DNA of 64,000 nt from a virus. The notes under the pieces were generated by a model. The model saw only the letters and a list, made by a program, of their open reading frames with translations. It did not search any database and was not told the origin of the DNA. The DNA lies in the IMG/VR virus record IMGVR_UViG_3300042691_012617, positions 104,427 through 168,426 of that record. One strand, given 5' to 3'. The position numbers and the translations under genes were made by a program. Shown piece after piece: positions 47,477 through 56,493 of this stretch (positions within the stretch are counted from its first letter, which is position 1; every line of letters starts with the position of its first letter).

Positions 47477-47806
47477 TTACTTGGCTCTACCGCCAAGGAA
47501 CTTCGTGTGGATAGGATCGCCCTTCAGATGAATGCCGACGATCTCATATCCGTTTGTTTTGAGTCCCGCAACATACGCATTTAAGTGTCGATTAAATTCG
47601 TACTTGTTGTCGGTCGTCTTCAGTTGCACGGGTGGGAACACCGCATTGACCGTGGTCTTCTCGCCCGTCTTTGGAAGAACGATTCGATAACGAACGACAG
47701 CCCTGATGTCATACTCATCATCAGGTTCGTATGCGTTCGATTTGTACTTGAAAACCTTGAACGAGTCGAATGTCGATTCGCTGATGTAGTCCTTGTATGA
47801 CTTCAT
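47477..47806 (-). CDS. hypothetical protein with capsid-targeting-like leader
   Basis: MKSYKDYISES. Confidence 0.7.
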   Translation of the reverse strand: MKSYKDYISESTFDSFKVFKYKSNAYEPDDEYDIRAVVRYRIVLPKTGEKTTVNAVFPPVQLKTTDNKYEFNRHLNAYVAGLKTNGYEIVGIHLKGDPIHTKFLGGRAK

Positions 47807-47808
47807 GG

Positions 47809-48198
47809 TCAGCCGTATGCCTTCCCGCGAACGAAGAAGTGATCCTCATGCTCCTTGAATCCGAAGCACTCCCGAGCGTAGTCAAGGATCACCTGTTTGT
47901 CAAACTCCTTGCATGAGTAGACATCAAGGGTGATGAAGTGAGTCGGTTCGATGGAGTGAATCTGAATGCCGCTTTCGATCAGGGGCACCCACCCACTCAC
48001 TCCTGCCTTCTCAGGATATAACTCGCGTCCGTGGTCAGTCGGGCCGTGGATCACTACGGGCTGCGACATGCGAGTCATGCCGATGCGATCCACTAGCCGC
48101 TCAAGGAACCGATAGGTCAGTTCCATGTCATCTGCTACTCCCTCGTTACATCCATACATGTCGAGAAAGTATGAGTATCCAAAAGCCTTGTTCTTCAC
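47809..48198 (-). CDS. speD: S-adenosylmethionine decarboxylase proenzyme-like
   Basis: LDMYGC, GVSG..LIES (self-cleavage E-S), ITLDVYSCKEF. Confidence 0.8.
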   Translation of the reverse strand: MKNKAFGYSYFLDMYGCNEGVADDMELTYRFLERLVDRIGMTRMSQPVVIHGPTDHGRELYPEKAGVSGWVPLIESGIQIHSIEPTHFITLDVYSCKEFDKQVILDYARECFGFKEHEDHFFVRGKAYG

Positions 48199-48539
48199 TT
48201 GATCACTACCTTTGCGTTACGAAGTGTCTCTTCCAATCGTTGCTCAATCAGGTTCATGTTTCCACCATTATCAGCCTCATGTCGCATCTCAATGATGGCA
48301 GCATGAAGGGCCGCATAACGAGCGAGTTCCTTGACCACCACCCGTTCAGCCTTGGTCAGGCGGCTTGCCGAGGGGGCAGCAGGACGGCTCACGGGCGCGG
48401 GGGCAGGGGGAGCCACCGCTACCGCCTCTCTCAGGGCGCGGGGCAGGAGGGGCTGCTTGGGGGCTTCCTGCGCGTCCTTCTTCTTGCCTCCCCCGAGGAT
48501 GCCCATGGCTTGGGCAATCACATCATGGTTATCAGCCAT
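48195..48539 (-). CDS. hypothetical protein
   Basis: 114-aa ORF with GGAGG RBS. Confidence 0.6.
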   Translation of the reverse strand: MADNHDVIAQAMGILGGGKKKDAQEAPKQPLLPRALREAVAVAPPAPAPVSRPAAPSASRLTKAERVVVKELARYAALHAAIIEMRHEADNGGNMNLIEQRLEETLRNAKVVIK

Positions 48540-48663
48540 TACGAGCCTCCCGCTTCTTGGAGGTTCCCTCTTGGTTGCGCTTGCGGTTCAGAGCCTTTAC
48601 GAAAGCGGCATGCTTCTGCGCTCTCTTGCTTGCGTTGCGAAAACCACCTTTGCTGCTTGCCAT
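48532..48663 (-). CDS. very basic 43-aa late peptide
   Basis: MASSKGGFRNASKRAQKHAAFVKALNRKRNQEGTSKKREARNG; GAGGAGG RBS; CTAAATA at 48686-48692. Confidence 0.6.
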   Translation of the reverse strand: MASSKGGFRNASKRAQKHAAFVKALNRKRNQEGTSKKREARNG

Positions 48664-48702
48664 GAAATGCCCTCCTCTTTGCTGATATTTAGGGAAGCCG
48701 AT

Positions 48703-49770
48703 TCATACCCGTGGCTTGCCTGTCGGAGGATCTGTGTTGATTGTCCCCGAGGTAACAACGGCTTGTTGAAAAGTTGGAATATTGTATGACCCCCATGCTG
48801 CCAGTACGCGAGAGAGATCGATCCCATCAACCTTGCCGTCCCCATCCATGTCCTCAAAGATAGGTTTCGTCTGTCCCCACCGAGCAAGGATTTGGCTCAG
48901 GTCTGCCCCATCGACCACACCGTCCTGATTGATGTCTTCCTTCTTGGCAGACAACTTCACATGCTGCAACTCATATCCGAAGGGAGCAAGTGCTGCAACG
49001 AGGTTGGCAAAGGTAGCCTTGTTGATCGACTGACCACCATACTGCAATCCAACGAAGACGGTCTCTCCATATGCATCCCGTACCATCACGGGAGAACCCG
49101 AGTCGCCCACGAAGATCGCAATTGTTCCATTCGGATACGCACCATCATTGATGCCGTCCAAGGACGGTGTCAAGTTGTATCCACCTGTATCGTTCGTAGT
49201 TGTATTCAGATATGCATTCTTAAAGAGTGTCTTGTAGATCTTACCGTTGCTGTCCTTCGTCCACAGCGAAGTTCCCGTGGGGATGTAAAGCGGGTCAGCG
49301 ATCCTGTTGTAGATCTTTAGGTCTGCATTTGGGAACTCTCTGTCGAACTCAAGCAGGGTCAGGTCGGGACCGATGTTGAGATAAACACGGGTCACCTTGT
49401 TCTCATAGAACGCACCGCCCTTGCCGAGAAAACGAATGCCACCCGTATTGATATTTGGGTCTGCGTGTCCACCACGGAAGTGTTGACAGATCAATGCATG
49501 GCGGGGCGAGATCAGTACCGCACCGTAGGTGCATTGGTTCCAAAAGTTCACGCTGTTTCGATCATACGGAATCGTAAACATACCGCTGTTCGAAATGTTG
49601 TTGCAGAAGTATCGATGGAGGGCGCGTGTGCCCGACCAATCGATGTACTCATATGTTTGACATTCCGAATTGTAACCATCGGGCGCAATACCCCCGCTCG
49701 TTGGTGTGGCTTGTGTTGGGTAATGGTATACATCATGGATCGCGGGTGTGTAATAGCGCAGGACTGCCAT
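48703..49770 (-). CDS. trypsin-like serine protease with C-terminal dockerin/EF-hand-like repeats
   Basis: ISPRHALICQH, DLTLL, GDSGSP; DINQDGVVDGADLSQILARWG and DMDGDGKVDGIDLSRVLAAWG; CTAAATA at 49797-49803. Confidence 0.8.
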   Translation of the reverse strand: MAVLRYYTPAIHDVYHYPTQATPTSGGIAPDGYNSECQTYEYIDWSGTRALHRYFCNNISNSGMFTIPYDRNSVNFWNQCTYGAVLISPRHALICQHFRGGHADPNINTGGIRFLGKGGAFYENKVTRVYLNIGPDLTLLEFDREFPNADLKIYNRIADPLYIPTGTSLWTKDSNGKIYKTLFKNAYLNTTTNDTGGYNLTPSLDGINDGAYPNGTIAIFVGDSGSPVMVRDAYGETVFVGLQYGGQSINKATFANLVAALAPFGYELQHVKLSAKKEDINQDGVVDGADLSQILARWGQTKPIFEDMDGDGKVDGIDLSRVLAAWGSYNIPTFQQAVVTSGTINTDPPTGKPRV

Positions 49771-49812
49771 GTGACTCTCCTTGAAAGGGTTGCCACTATT
49801 TAGCCCAAAATG

Positions 49813-49847
49813 AAAAGACCGCCCCCGTCTTTCGACGGAGGCGGCCC
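49813..49847 (-). terminator. rho-independent terminator
   Basis: GCCGCCTCCGTC-GAAA-GACGGGGGCGGT then CTTTTC. Confidence 0.8.
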
Positions 49848-49886
49848 AAAGTTCAGGTCTTCAGTTGTCAGCGGGAACCGTTAGGT

Positions 49887-50186
49887 TCACGCCGTGGCGA
49901 ACTGCTCTTCAAGCACATCGAAGTAGTTCGGGTAGCCGTTGCGGCGCAGCGAGTTGCGGCGGTACGCATGACGGGCAGCGGTCTCAATGATGAGAGCCTT
50001 GCGACCCCAAGTGTACTTGCGCTTCATGCCGTTGCTGAAGGTGACGGTGACGATGCCGCCGTCCTCGTTGCGACGAACCTTCTCCACGAAGATGTTCGGC
50101 TCACCGTGCATGACGAACTCGTCGCCCTCCATGAGGTTCTGCGAAGCGACCCACGAACGATTCCCATTGCTGTTCTTGCTAGCCAT
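49887..50186 (-). CDS. hypothetical early protein
   Basis: 99-aa ORF in early operon. Confidence 0.65.
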   Translation of the reverse strand: MASKNSNGNRSWVASQNLMEGDEFVMHGEPNIFVEKVRRNEDGGIVTVTFSNGMKRKYTWGRKALIIETAARHAYRRNSLRRNGYPNYFDVLEEQFATA

Positions 50187-50294
50187 AACTAAAACTCTAA
50201 CTCTTTCTGAGTGGAAGACTGTCCACTCGCAGTTGTGACTGCTCCACACGCAGTCTTTGGTGATGATCCTAACCTTCGGATACGACCGACAGGA

Positions 50295-50621
50295 TTAGGA
50301 GTTGTGGTTTGATTCCTCGCTGCCCGTGGCGGGAGTATCATCAACGGGGGTCGCAGAATTGCTCTGGCCCTTCCATGAGTTGTACTCCGTCCATGCTGCC
50401 GACATCAAGAATTGTCCCCTGCGGAGACTCTTGAATGGACGGTCAGCGGACTGATTGTAGGTCAGCCACGCAGGCCACCGTAGGGTAAACCCTAGCGGTC
50501 CCTTTGCCCCCTTGTGCTTCTCGACAAACTCAAGGAGCGTTTGCCGAGCCACATAGTCGGGCTGACCATGCTCTGCCTCAAAGGCAGCGAGGAAGTTGAA
50601 CTGACGGGGTCGTAGTGACAT
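50295..50621 (-). CDS. hypothetical early protein resembling N-terminus of the CobS ORF
   Basis: LRPRQFNFL..R..L..WPAWLT..RGQF versus LTPKQSAFV..R..V..LPQWLT..RGRY at 63935. Confidence 0.65.
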   Translation of the reverse strand: MSLRPRQFNFLAAFEAEHGQPDYVARQTLLEFVEKHKGAKGPLGFTLRWPAWLTYNQSADRPFKSLRRGQFLMSAAWTEYNSWKGQSNSATPVDDTPATGSEESNHNS

Positions 50622-50639
50622 ACTGTAAAACTCCTTGAA

Positions 50640-50888
50640 TCAGGCGACCGCCGTCAGGTCGGGGGTGTTGGTGTTCACCGAGGTCGTGGATGCAGCGCGA
50701 ACGCCGCCGTTGCGACCAGGGACGAATTCGATCTTGTCACCGAAGTACTCGCTCAGGTACCGCTTGATCACGGGAGGGCAAGTGCCGTACTCAGCAGCGA
50801 GAACCTTCAACTTAAGAGTCTCGCCGCGAGTGATGGCGGCTTCGATGGCGGGGAAGTTCAGGGTGACGATCTTGCGAGGACGAGGCAT
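50640..50888 (-). CDS. small HTH-like early protein
   Basis: LKVLAAEYGTCPPVIKRYL; AAGGAG RBS; promoter TTGACA-N16-TATACT at 50948-50975. Confidence 0.6.
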   Translation of the reverse strand: MPRPRKIVTLNFPAIEAAITRGETLKLKVLAAEYGTCPPVIKRYLSEYFGDKIEFVPGRNGGVRAASTTSVNTNTPDLTAVA

Positions 50889-51048
50889 TTTGTATTGCTC
50901 CTTGTTGAGTGTGTGGTGTGTGGCGAACTTGTTTTGTTCTTGCGTTAAGTATACCGTCTGTTTTGGTCTTGTCAAGCCCTTTTGGAACCTGACTCAAAGA
51001 TTTTTTACTGACTCACTTCTGCTTGCTGTTTCTGCGTTGATAGGGTGA

Positions 51049-51077
51049 AGTATACACTCCACCCTAGCCGTTGTCAA
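51049..51077 (-). promoter_or_regulatory. sigma70-like early promoter
   Basis: TTGACA-N17-TATACT. Confidence 0.75.
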
Positions 51078-51084
51078 TCCTTTT

Positions 51085-51984
51085 TTAAGCGGTGGTCTTC
51101 AGGGCGACGAGGGCAACAGCCGAAGCATCATCGCGCCCGTTCGCATTCTTAACCATATCGGTGAGGACTTCAATCAGTCGCTCACGCACGGACGCGGCAT
51201 CGTAGCCCGTCTGCTTGAGCCATGCGGCGACCTGATCCTTGTACCACTTGGTAGCCGCCCGAGTACCGACACCGTCAGCGTCAGCACGGGCAGCAACATT
51301 GTCAGCGAGAGCCGCGCCCACCGTGGCGGTTGCTGCGCTATCGGGCACATACTCAAGGTTCTTGAGGGCGACAAAGACAACATCAAGGTTGCGACCACGG
51401 GGATCCTTGCGGTCAGAGGTGGAGAGACCCACACTCATACCCCAACCCTTATCGCCAAACCAAAACACCTTGCCCGTGGTGCCGAGCGGAACCTTGCGTC
51501 CGCGCACCACCTTATATGTCTGTCCTTTAGCAAGGGCAGGGGGCGCAGCCAACTGCTCACTCGCCTCGTCAAGTTCCTTGATGTACTGAGCCTTAGCGGA
51601 CTCGCCAACCTTCACAGCCTGAGACGGCAGAGAGATCGACAGGTACCACTTGTAGTACGCCGCCATGACATCGGGAGACGCATCGACATCCCACGCGGTG
51701 GCGCGACCGCCCGTGCCGTAGTACGCAACATCGGAGTCGAAGGTCGAAGCCTTGACTCCGTCGAAGACCGTCACGGTGCGGCGGTAGACATTGTCACCAT
51801 CGTCCCACCCGCGAGACTCGTAACGCTCGTTATCGGACACGGCAACCACCATGCCCAAGTACTGCTGCCGCTTGGCGCGGTACTCTTCATGCACCTTCAG
51901 CCCGTGCTGAGTGTCCCCGCGCTCACCGAGATGTTCGGGGGTCAGGGCGGCGAGGGTGACTGTCGGTAGTGGAGTCGTTGGCAT
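51085..51984 (-). CDS. hypothetical early protein
   Basis: VDASP, VVRGRKVPLGTTGKVFW motif; promoter TTGACA-N17-TATCTT at 52010-52038. Confidence 0.72.
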   Translation of the reverse strand: MPTTPLPTVTLAALTPEHLGERGDTQHGLKVHEEYRAKRQQYLGMVVAVSDNERYESRGWDDGDNVYRRTVTVFDGVKASTFDSDVAYYGTGGRATAWDVDASPDVMAAYYKWYLSISLPSQAVKVGESAKAQYIKELDEASEQLAAPPALAKGQTYKVVRGRKVPLGTTGKVFWFGDKGWGMSVGLSTSDRKDPRGRNLDVVFVALKNLEYVPDSAATATVGAALADNVAARADADGVGTRAATKWYKDQVAAWLKQTGYDAASVRERLIEVLTDMVKNANGRDDASAVALVALKTTA

Positions 51985-52098
51985 GAGGGGTGTTCTCTCC
52001 TACACCCAAAAGATACACTATGTCGGGGTGGCTGTCAAGCCACTTAGACCATCAGAAAGAGATTTTCTGCAAGTCCTGATAACACAAGCAGTTATCGG

Positions 52099-53682
52099 TC
52101 ACAGGGGGCGAACGCCTAGCCATGTGATGTTACGGGACGGGTCTCCCGCAGACTGCTTGCCGCTGTCGAAGACCATGCCTCCGCTGTTCGCGCTTGCCTG
52201 ACTGACCGTGAAGACCGCCTTCCCGCTGCGAACGAACTCCATGTTGTTCAGGGTGACTTGCCATGAGATGGAAGGACGGAAGTCCGAAGTGTCATGGTTC
52301 AATCCATAAGTGATGGCATCACAGAATATGTCGGATATGTACTTGCAGAAGTCCTTCCATTGGAAGGGCTGAATGTACTTGGCAGCATTCTGATTCAGGG
52401 GTGCCCGAACGCCGATGCCCGTCAACGGAATGCCATTGCTGTTCTGCACGAACTTCTGTACGAGATGTACATCGCGCTCAAGATCCTTCATCTCCTGCGC
52501 GGTAAGTTTGCCCTGACGCTTGCCATGCAACTTGCAGATGTCGTTCCAAAACTTCACGGGATCTTGGATCTTGAGTTTCATGACTTCCTTGATCATGAAC
52601 GGGTAGATCGTCTGTGCGCCACGGCTAGATGTCTTAAAGTAGGGAAGCATCGCAACCAAGAACTTGTTGCTGAGTACCTGTAGGTTCGTGAGGTTCTTTC
52701 CCATGGAGTGCAACTTGGGAAGGATGCTTGATCGCGCTCCCTTGTTGCTGCCGCTAGACATTGCCTTCGAAGACACCTTGAGGTTACCGATCTCGCCTGT
52801 CTTCAGCGTACCTCTGAGATATGAGTCATAGGATGTATTCGTGTTGTCGGTTGGCACCGCGAAGAATGTCATCGTGCTGAAGTTCGGGAAGTTGCCGATG
52901 CTCTTGCCGCCCCAAATAAGAAACGGATATGACAACTCCGATATGAGATAGATGCCAAACTTCGCCTTGTCCTGTGGTGCCATGATCTCGCCAACCTCAG
53001 ACCAATCGAACTGTACTGCACCACCGTTGAAGAACTCCTCGGTCGCCTTCAGCACCGCAGGATCCTTGAGGATCGCATAGGAACTGCCCTTCATGTTTGT
53101 GAGGATACGACTCTTCAATTCCTCAAGGCCCTTGAAGATGTAGTGAGGCACATCGTTGTCGCTGATGCGGATCGCCTCTGTCCTATGCCCTTCAAGGAAG
53201 TGAGAAGCAGTCAGGGTCTGCAACTGGCTACCCGCCTTGGTGCGTCTCTTAAATCCCGCGTCCGAGAACTCGGAGTTGTTAATCTTCAGGGGATCGCTGT
53301 CCTTGGGCAAGTGTCGCCCGACGATGATCGTCTTGCTCTTCGAATCCTTCAGCGTGACAAGAATGATTCCCTTGCTCTTGGTCTTCGCTTCATTGGTGTC
53401 GATTGGTCCAATGAACAGATTGACATTGATCAGAGCCTTCAGGAACTCGGGGTTCTCACCCGCAGACAATCTTGCTTTCTCTTTTGAATGCAAGCCACCG
53501 CTAGAAAGATATCGGGGGACGAACACCCAATTCGTCGCAGCCCAAACGCCGCCTTCCTTGTCGCTGAACAGAATCTCTCCCGCAGCAACGCGGTCGGGCT
53601 GAACGCCCTTCGACTCCGCAAGCATGCGCTCGGTTGTCTCTCTGCGTGTCTCCTCGGTGACTCGTTCGATGAATTTCTTCAT
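52099..53682 (-). CDS. large hypothetical protein with capsid-targeting-like leader; possible PD-(D/E)xK-like motif
   Basis: MKKFIERVTEE..MLAES; SE..PTDNTNTSYDS..KVSSK. Confidence 0.65.
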   Translation of the reverse strand: MKKFIERVTEETRRETTERMLAESKGVQPDRVAAGEILFSDKEGGVWAATNWVFVPRYLSSGGLHSKEKARLSAGENPEFLKALINVNLFIGPIDTNEAKTKSKGIILVTLKDSKSKTIIVGRHLPKDSDPLKINNSEFSDAGFKRRTKAGSQLQTLTASHFLEGHRTEAIRISDNDVPHYIFKGLEELKSRILTNMKGSSYAILKDPAVLKATEEFFNGGAVQFDWSEVGEIMAPQDKAKFGIYLISELSYPFLIWGGKSIGNFPNFSTMTFFAVPTDNTNTSYDSYLRGTLKTGEIGNLKVSSKAMSSGSNKGARSSILPKLHSMGKNLTNLQVLSNKFLVAMLPYFKTSSRGAQTIYPFMIKEVMKLKIQDPVKFWNDICKLHGKRQGKLTAQEMKDLERDVHLVQKFVQNSNGIPLTGIGVRAPLNQNAAKYIQPFQWKDFCKYISDIFCDAITYGLNHDTSDFRPSISWQVTLNNMEFVRSGKAVFTVSQASANSGGMVFDSGKQSAGDPSRNITWLGVRPL

Positions 53683-53972
53683 GGGATCCTCACGATCAGA
53701 TTGCCGTTCCAAATGCGAATGGTCGCATCGGGATACATTTCCTGCACCAGTTCGATGAGTCTCCGTTCACGCTCTTTCCTACTCTCTCGCTTTGCCTTGG
53801 TGGGATTACCAATCGGCATGCCGCCGTTCAGCGACTCGTTCAGGTTGAAGTCAGGTGCGTTGTCGAAGTTCGGGATCGTCATCAACAGATCGTGAATCGG
53901 AATAACGACCGTCTCCGCTGCCACCGCAGGAGTAGAAAGGAGAAGAGACAGGGAGACGATCATCGATTTCAT
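53679..53972 (-). CDS. small exported protein resembling a secretin N-terminal segment
   Basis: Signal peptide; IHDLLMTIPNFDNAPDFNL; WNGNLIVR. Confidence 0.6.
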   Translation of the reverse strand: MKSMIVSLSLLLSTPAVAAETVVIPIHDLLMTIPNFDNAPDFNLNESLNGGMPIGNPTKAKRESRKERERRLIELVQEMYPDATIRIWNGNLIVRIP

Positions 53973-54664
53973 ACGATTCCCTTTAGCAGACTATGGTCTT
54001 CGATGATATTTAGGGCAGACTCCGCAAGCATCTTTCCTGCCCTCAGGTCGGATGGGAAGTGTACCCCTGCGACCACCCGCGAGTGACTGATCCCATCGGC
54101 AATCGTATAAAACTTCCTTTCATGGACAGGATGTCTCTTTGATAGAACGAAAGCGAACATCCATGCGTCCATGGAGTGACCCGATGGATATGAGGCTGTC
54201 CTTGGGTCGGGGATGATCTTGTCCACGCGCTTGCCCATCAAGGGTGCCAACTGGTACGGACGAGGACGGTCGTACTTCATCTTCATGTAGTTGAGGTAGC
54301 CGTCGATGCAGTCAGAGATCTTGAAGAAGAAGTCATAATCATATTTCTGTCCCGCGATTCGGCTTACTTCCTGCGCCCACATCTCGTAGTGGTTCTTCAG
54401 GATGTCCATGCTCACGGCATACTCACGCTCCTGCTCGGTTGAACTCGTCTGCACATCGATCATATAGTTCAGTTCGATGATGGTATCTGCTCCTCCGTTC
54501 GGTGGGGGTGGAGGCAGGGGGCAAGGACGAGTCGGCATGGAGAGGTACACGCCCAACACGGTGGACATGTCCCTGCTCTGAGCGTTCACCTTGTCGATGT
54601 GCTTCTGAGCGGTGTTGCCATAATTGAGTGCGTCCACTTTGGTGTGCCCCCTGAAAGTATGCAT
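53969..54664 (-). CDS. PAP2/acid-phosphatase-haloperoxidase family protein
   Basis: K..YDRPRP, SYPSGH, SRVVAGVHFPSD. Confidence 0.88.
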   Translation of the reverse strand: MHTFRGHTKVDALNYGNTAQKHIDKVNAQSRDMSTVLGVYLSMPTRPCPLPPPPPNGGADTIIELNYMIDVQTSSTEQEREYAVSMDILKNHYEMWAQEVSRIAGQKYDYDFFFKISDCIDGYLNYMKMKYDRPRPYQLAPLMGKRVDKIIPDPRTASYPSGHSMDAWMFAFVLSKRHPVHERKFYTIADGISHSRVVAGVHFPSDLRAGKMLAESALNIIEDHSLLKGIV

Positions 54665-54666
54665 GG

Positions 54667-55200
54667 TCAGAACTCCAATGGCTTTCGTGTGACCGCCGTG
54701 ATCTTTGCGATCTGCTTGTTCACCATCTCGGTTCTGTTAGACCACTTGATGTATTCTTTGTCGGGGTTCTTCAGGAGGTTGTAGAGAAGCGGGAGGATCA
54801 ATGCCTCCACTTCCTTCATCCCTGCGTTGTACGCATCAACAACCACCTTCTTGCGCTCATCCACCTCATCGATGATGGCGCGGATGTTTCCCTCGGTACC
54901 CTCAAGGCTTGTCGCAAGTTCCTTGATCTCCATCGACAGCACCTTGTCGATCTTCTCCTCCACTCGGGCGATTTCTGCCTTACGGGCTAGGTCGGATGGA
55001 ATCGTGACGGTGGGTGCTGTCGTGGGAATGCGCGAGATGCGAGTAAGGATCTCGTTCAACTTCCCTTCGACGCTTGACATATCGACCACGGGTGCAGCCG
55101 TGGTGACAGGTGCAGCCGCTGTCTGCTCGGGGGCATCAACGATCTCAAACCCGAAGTCCTGTTCGGCAAATGGATTGTTTGGGTCGAAGGTATCTGACAT
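54667..55200 (-). CDS. conserved T4-like coiled-coil protein
   Basis: DFGF N-terminus; ILPLLYNLLKNPDKEYIKW.NR; CTAAATA at 55221-55227. Confidence 0.72.
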   Translation of the reverse strand: MSDTFDPNNPFAEQDFGFEIVDAPEQTAAAPVTTAAPVVDMSSVEGKLNEILTRISRIPTTAPTVTIPSDLARKAEIARVEEKIDKVLSMEIKELATSLEGTEGNIRAIIDEVDERKKVVVDAYNAGMKEVEALILPLLYNLLKNPDKEYIKWSNRTEMVNKQIAKITAVTRKPLEF

Positions 55201-55223
55201 TCCGCAACTCCTGTGTGGAGTAT

Positions 55224-55712
55224 TTAGGGAATGCGCTCGTAAGTCCGTTCGAACTCTGCCTTGGCAATACGATAGTAACCATTGCCGTCAGCCTCGCGGA
55301 CGATGTAGTCGCCCTGCTTGACAATCATGTCCTCGCCCCATTGTGCCTTGAAGGTGATCGACTTGGAGTCCGTATAACGGGCAACCATGCGGGGGGTCTG
55401 CTCGGGATTGACGGTGCTGCCAATGCTCCCCGTGTACAACTTGGAGAACTTCGCAGCCTTCACCACATACTTCTCTCGGCTCACGCCCGACATGATAATG
55501 TCACCCTTCATTGCAATGTTTTCCGTTTCCTTGCCATCGGGCAGGACGGTCATGACCTTGACATTGTTCTCGGGGTTCACTCCGTAGGACAGGGCAGGCA
55601 TCGCGTTCATGTCCCGCTTGTTCAGGTCGAAGAAGACATACGGCAACTGCTTCTTGCGGACGGGACGGTACGAAAGCGATGAGAGAACCGAATGGGTGGA
55701 GAAGGTTTGCAT
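55224..55712 (-). CDS. PGDYG-like protein
   Basis: GDIIMSG..EKYVV..F.KLY; WGE..GDYIV..YRI..EF..TY. Confidence 0.65.
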   Translation of the reverse strand: MQTFSTHSVLSSLSYRPVRKKQLPYVFFDLNKRDMNAMPALSYGVNPENNVKVMTVLPDGKETENIAMKGDIIMSGVSREKYVVKAAKFSKLYTGSIGSTVNPEQTPRMVARYTDSKSITFKAQWGEDMIVKQGDYIVREADGNGYYRIAKAEFERTYERIP

Positions 55713-55725
55713 GACGATTAGTATA

Positions 55726-56493
55726 TCACGCTTTTGCGTAGTTTGCAAGGGGATCGAATTGCTTTGTTTTGTCGAGCCAAATCATGTTCGCATGCTTCAT
55801 GTTGTCGCGGGGAGAGTATGGGATGGTGATGACTTCTCCTGCGTTACGCTTCGCCATGCCGACATAGATCCGACCCCGCGCATCCTTCGCCGTGGACTTG
55901 GTACCGATAAGGATGCCCTTGGGCTTGTGCTTCGAAACGAATGCCTTGCTGATGTCAAGTACGGTAGCCAACACCATCGCTGCATCCGCTCCACTCATGA
56001 TGCCCAAGTCCTCGTCGCCGCCATTTATGCTGCGGTCATAGTCCCAATACCAACGAGACCTCGGACCTCCACTCATGACGGGGCGTGGGCGAGTTGAATA
56101 CTTCAGGATGGAATCCATTCTCTGAAAGTAGAGTTCATAGACCTTGCCCATGTCGGAGTCGTTGAGGTTCGACTTTTCCTTGAGCGGTGCGTACAGACTG
56201 CTTTGATATGAGAGAGTATGAAACCCGACCTCGTACACCACACCAGGCAACGGAGTCGCATCCTTCTTGTTGTTCAAGAGCGGTCTGTCTTGTTCGTCCT
56301 TGCCCGTGATCTTGAGACCGTTTTCCTCATAGAACTTTTCGATTCCGTTTCCGTCCATGGGACATGGGAGCATCTTGCCACCGCGCACCTTTCCGAAAGC
56401 GAATCGATAGATGTCTAGACCACCACCCGTGGAGAACTCGTTCCATGGGTGAGCCTTGTCAAACAGTTCCGCGAGATATGCGTTGAACTCCAT
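55726..56493 (-). CDS. hypothetical protein with capsid-targeting-like leader
   Basis: MEFNAYLAEL. Confidence 0.7.
   Translation of the reverse strand: MEFNAYLAELFDKAHPWNEFSTGGGLDIYRFAFGKVRGGKMLPCPMDGNGIEKFYEENGLKITGKDEQDRPLLNNKKDATPLPGVVYEVGFHTLSYQSSLYAPLKEKSNLNDSDMGKVYELYFQRMDSILKYSTRPRPVMSGGPRSRWYWDYDRSINGGDEDLGIMSGADAAMVLATVLDISKAFVSKHKPKGILIGTKSTAKDARGRIYVGMAKRNAGEVITIPYSPRDNMKHANMIWLDKTKQFDPLANYAKA

Noticed and set aside
53969-55712. MHTF.. and MQTF.. starts of the PAP2 and PGDYG-like genes as capsid leaders
   Set aside because: They have M-x-T-F but lack the downstream hydrophobic-x-Glu cleavage site, so they were not counted.
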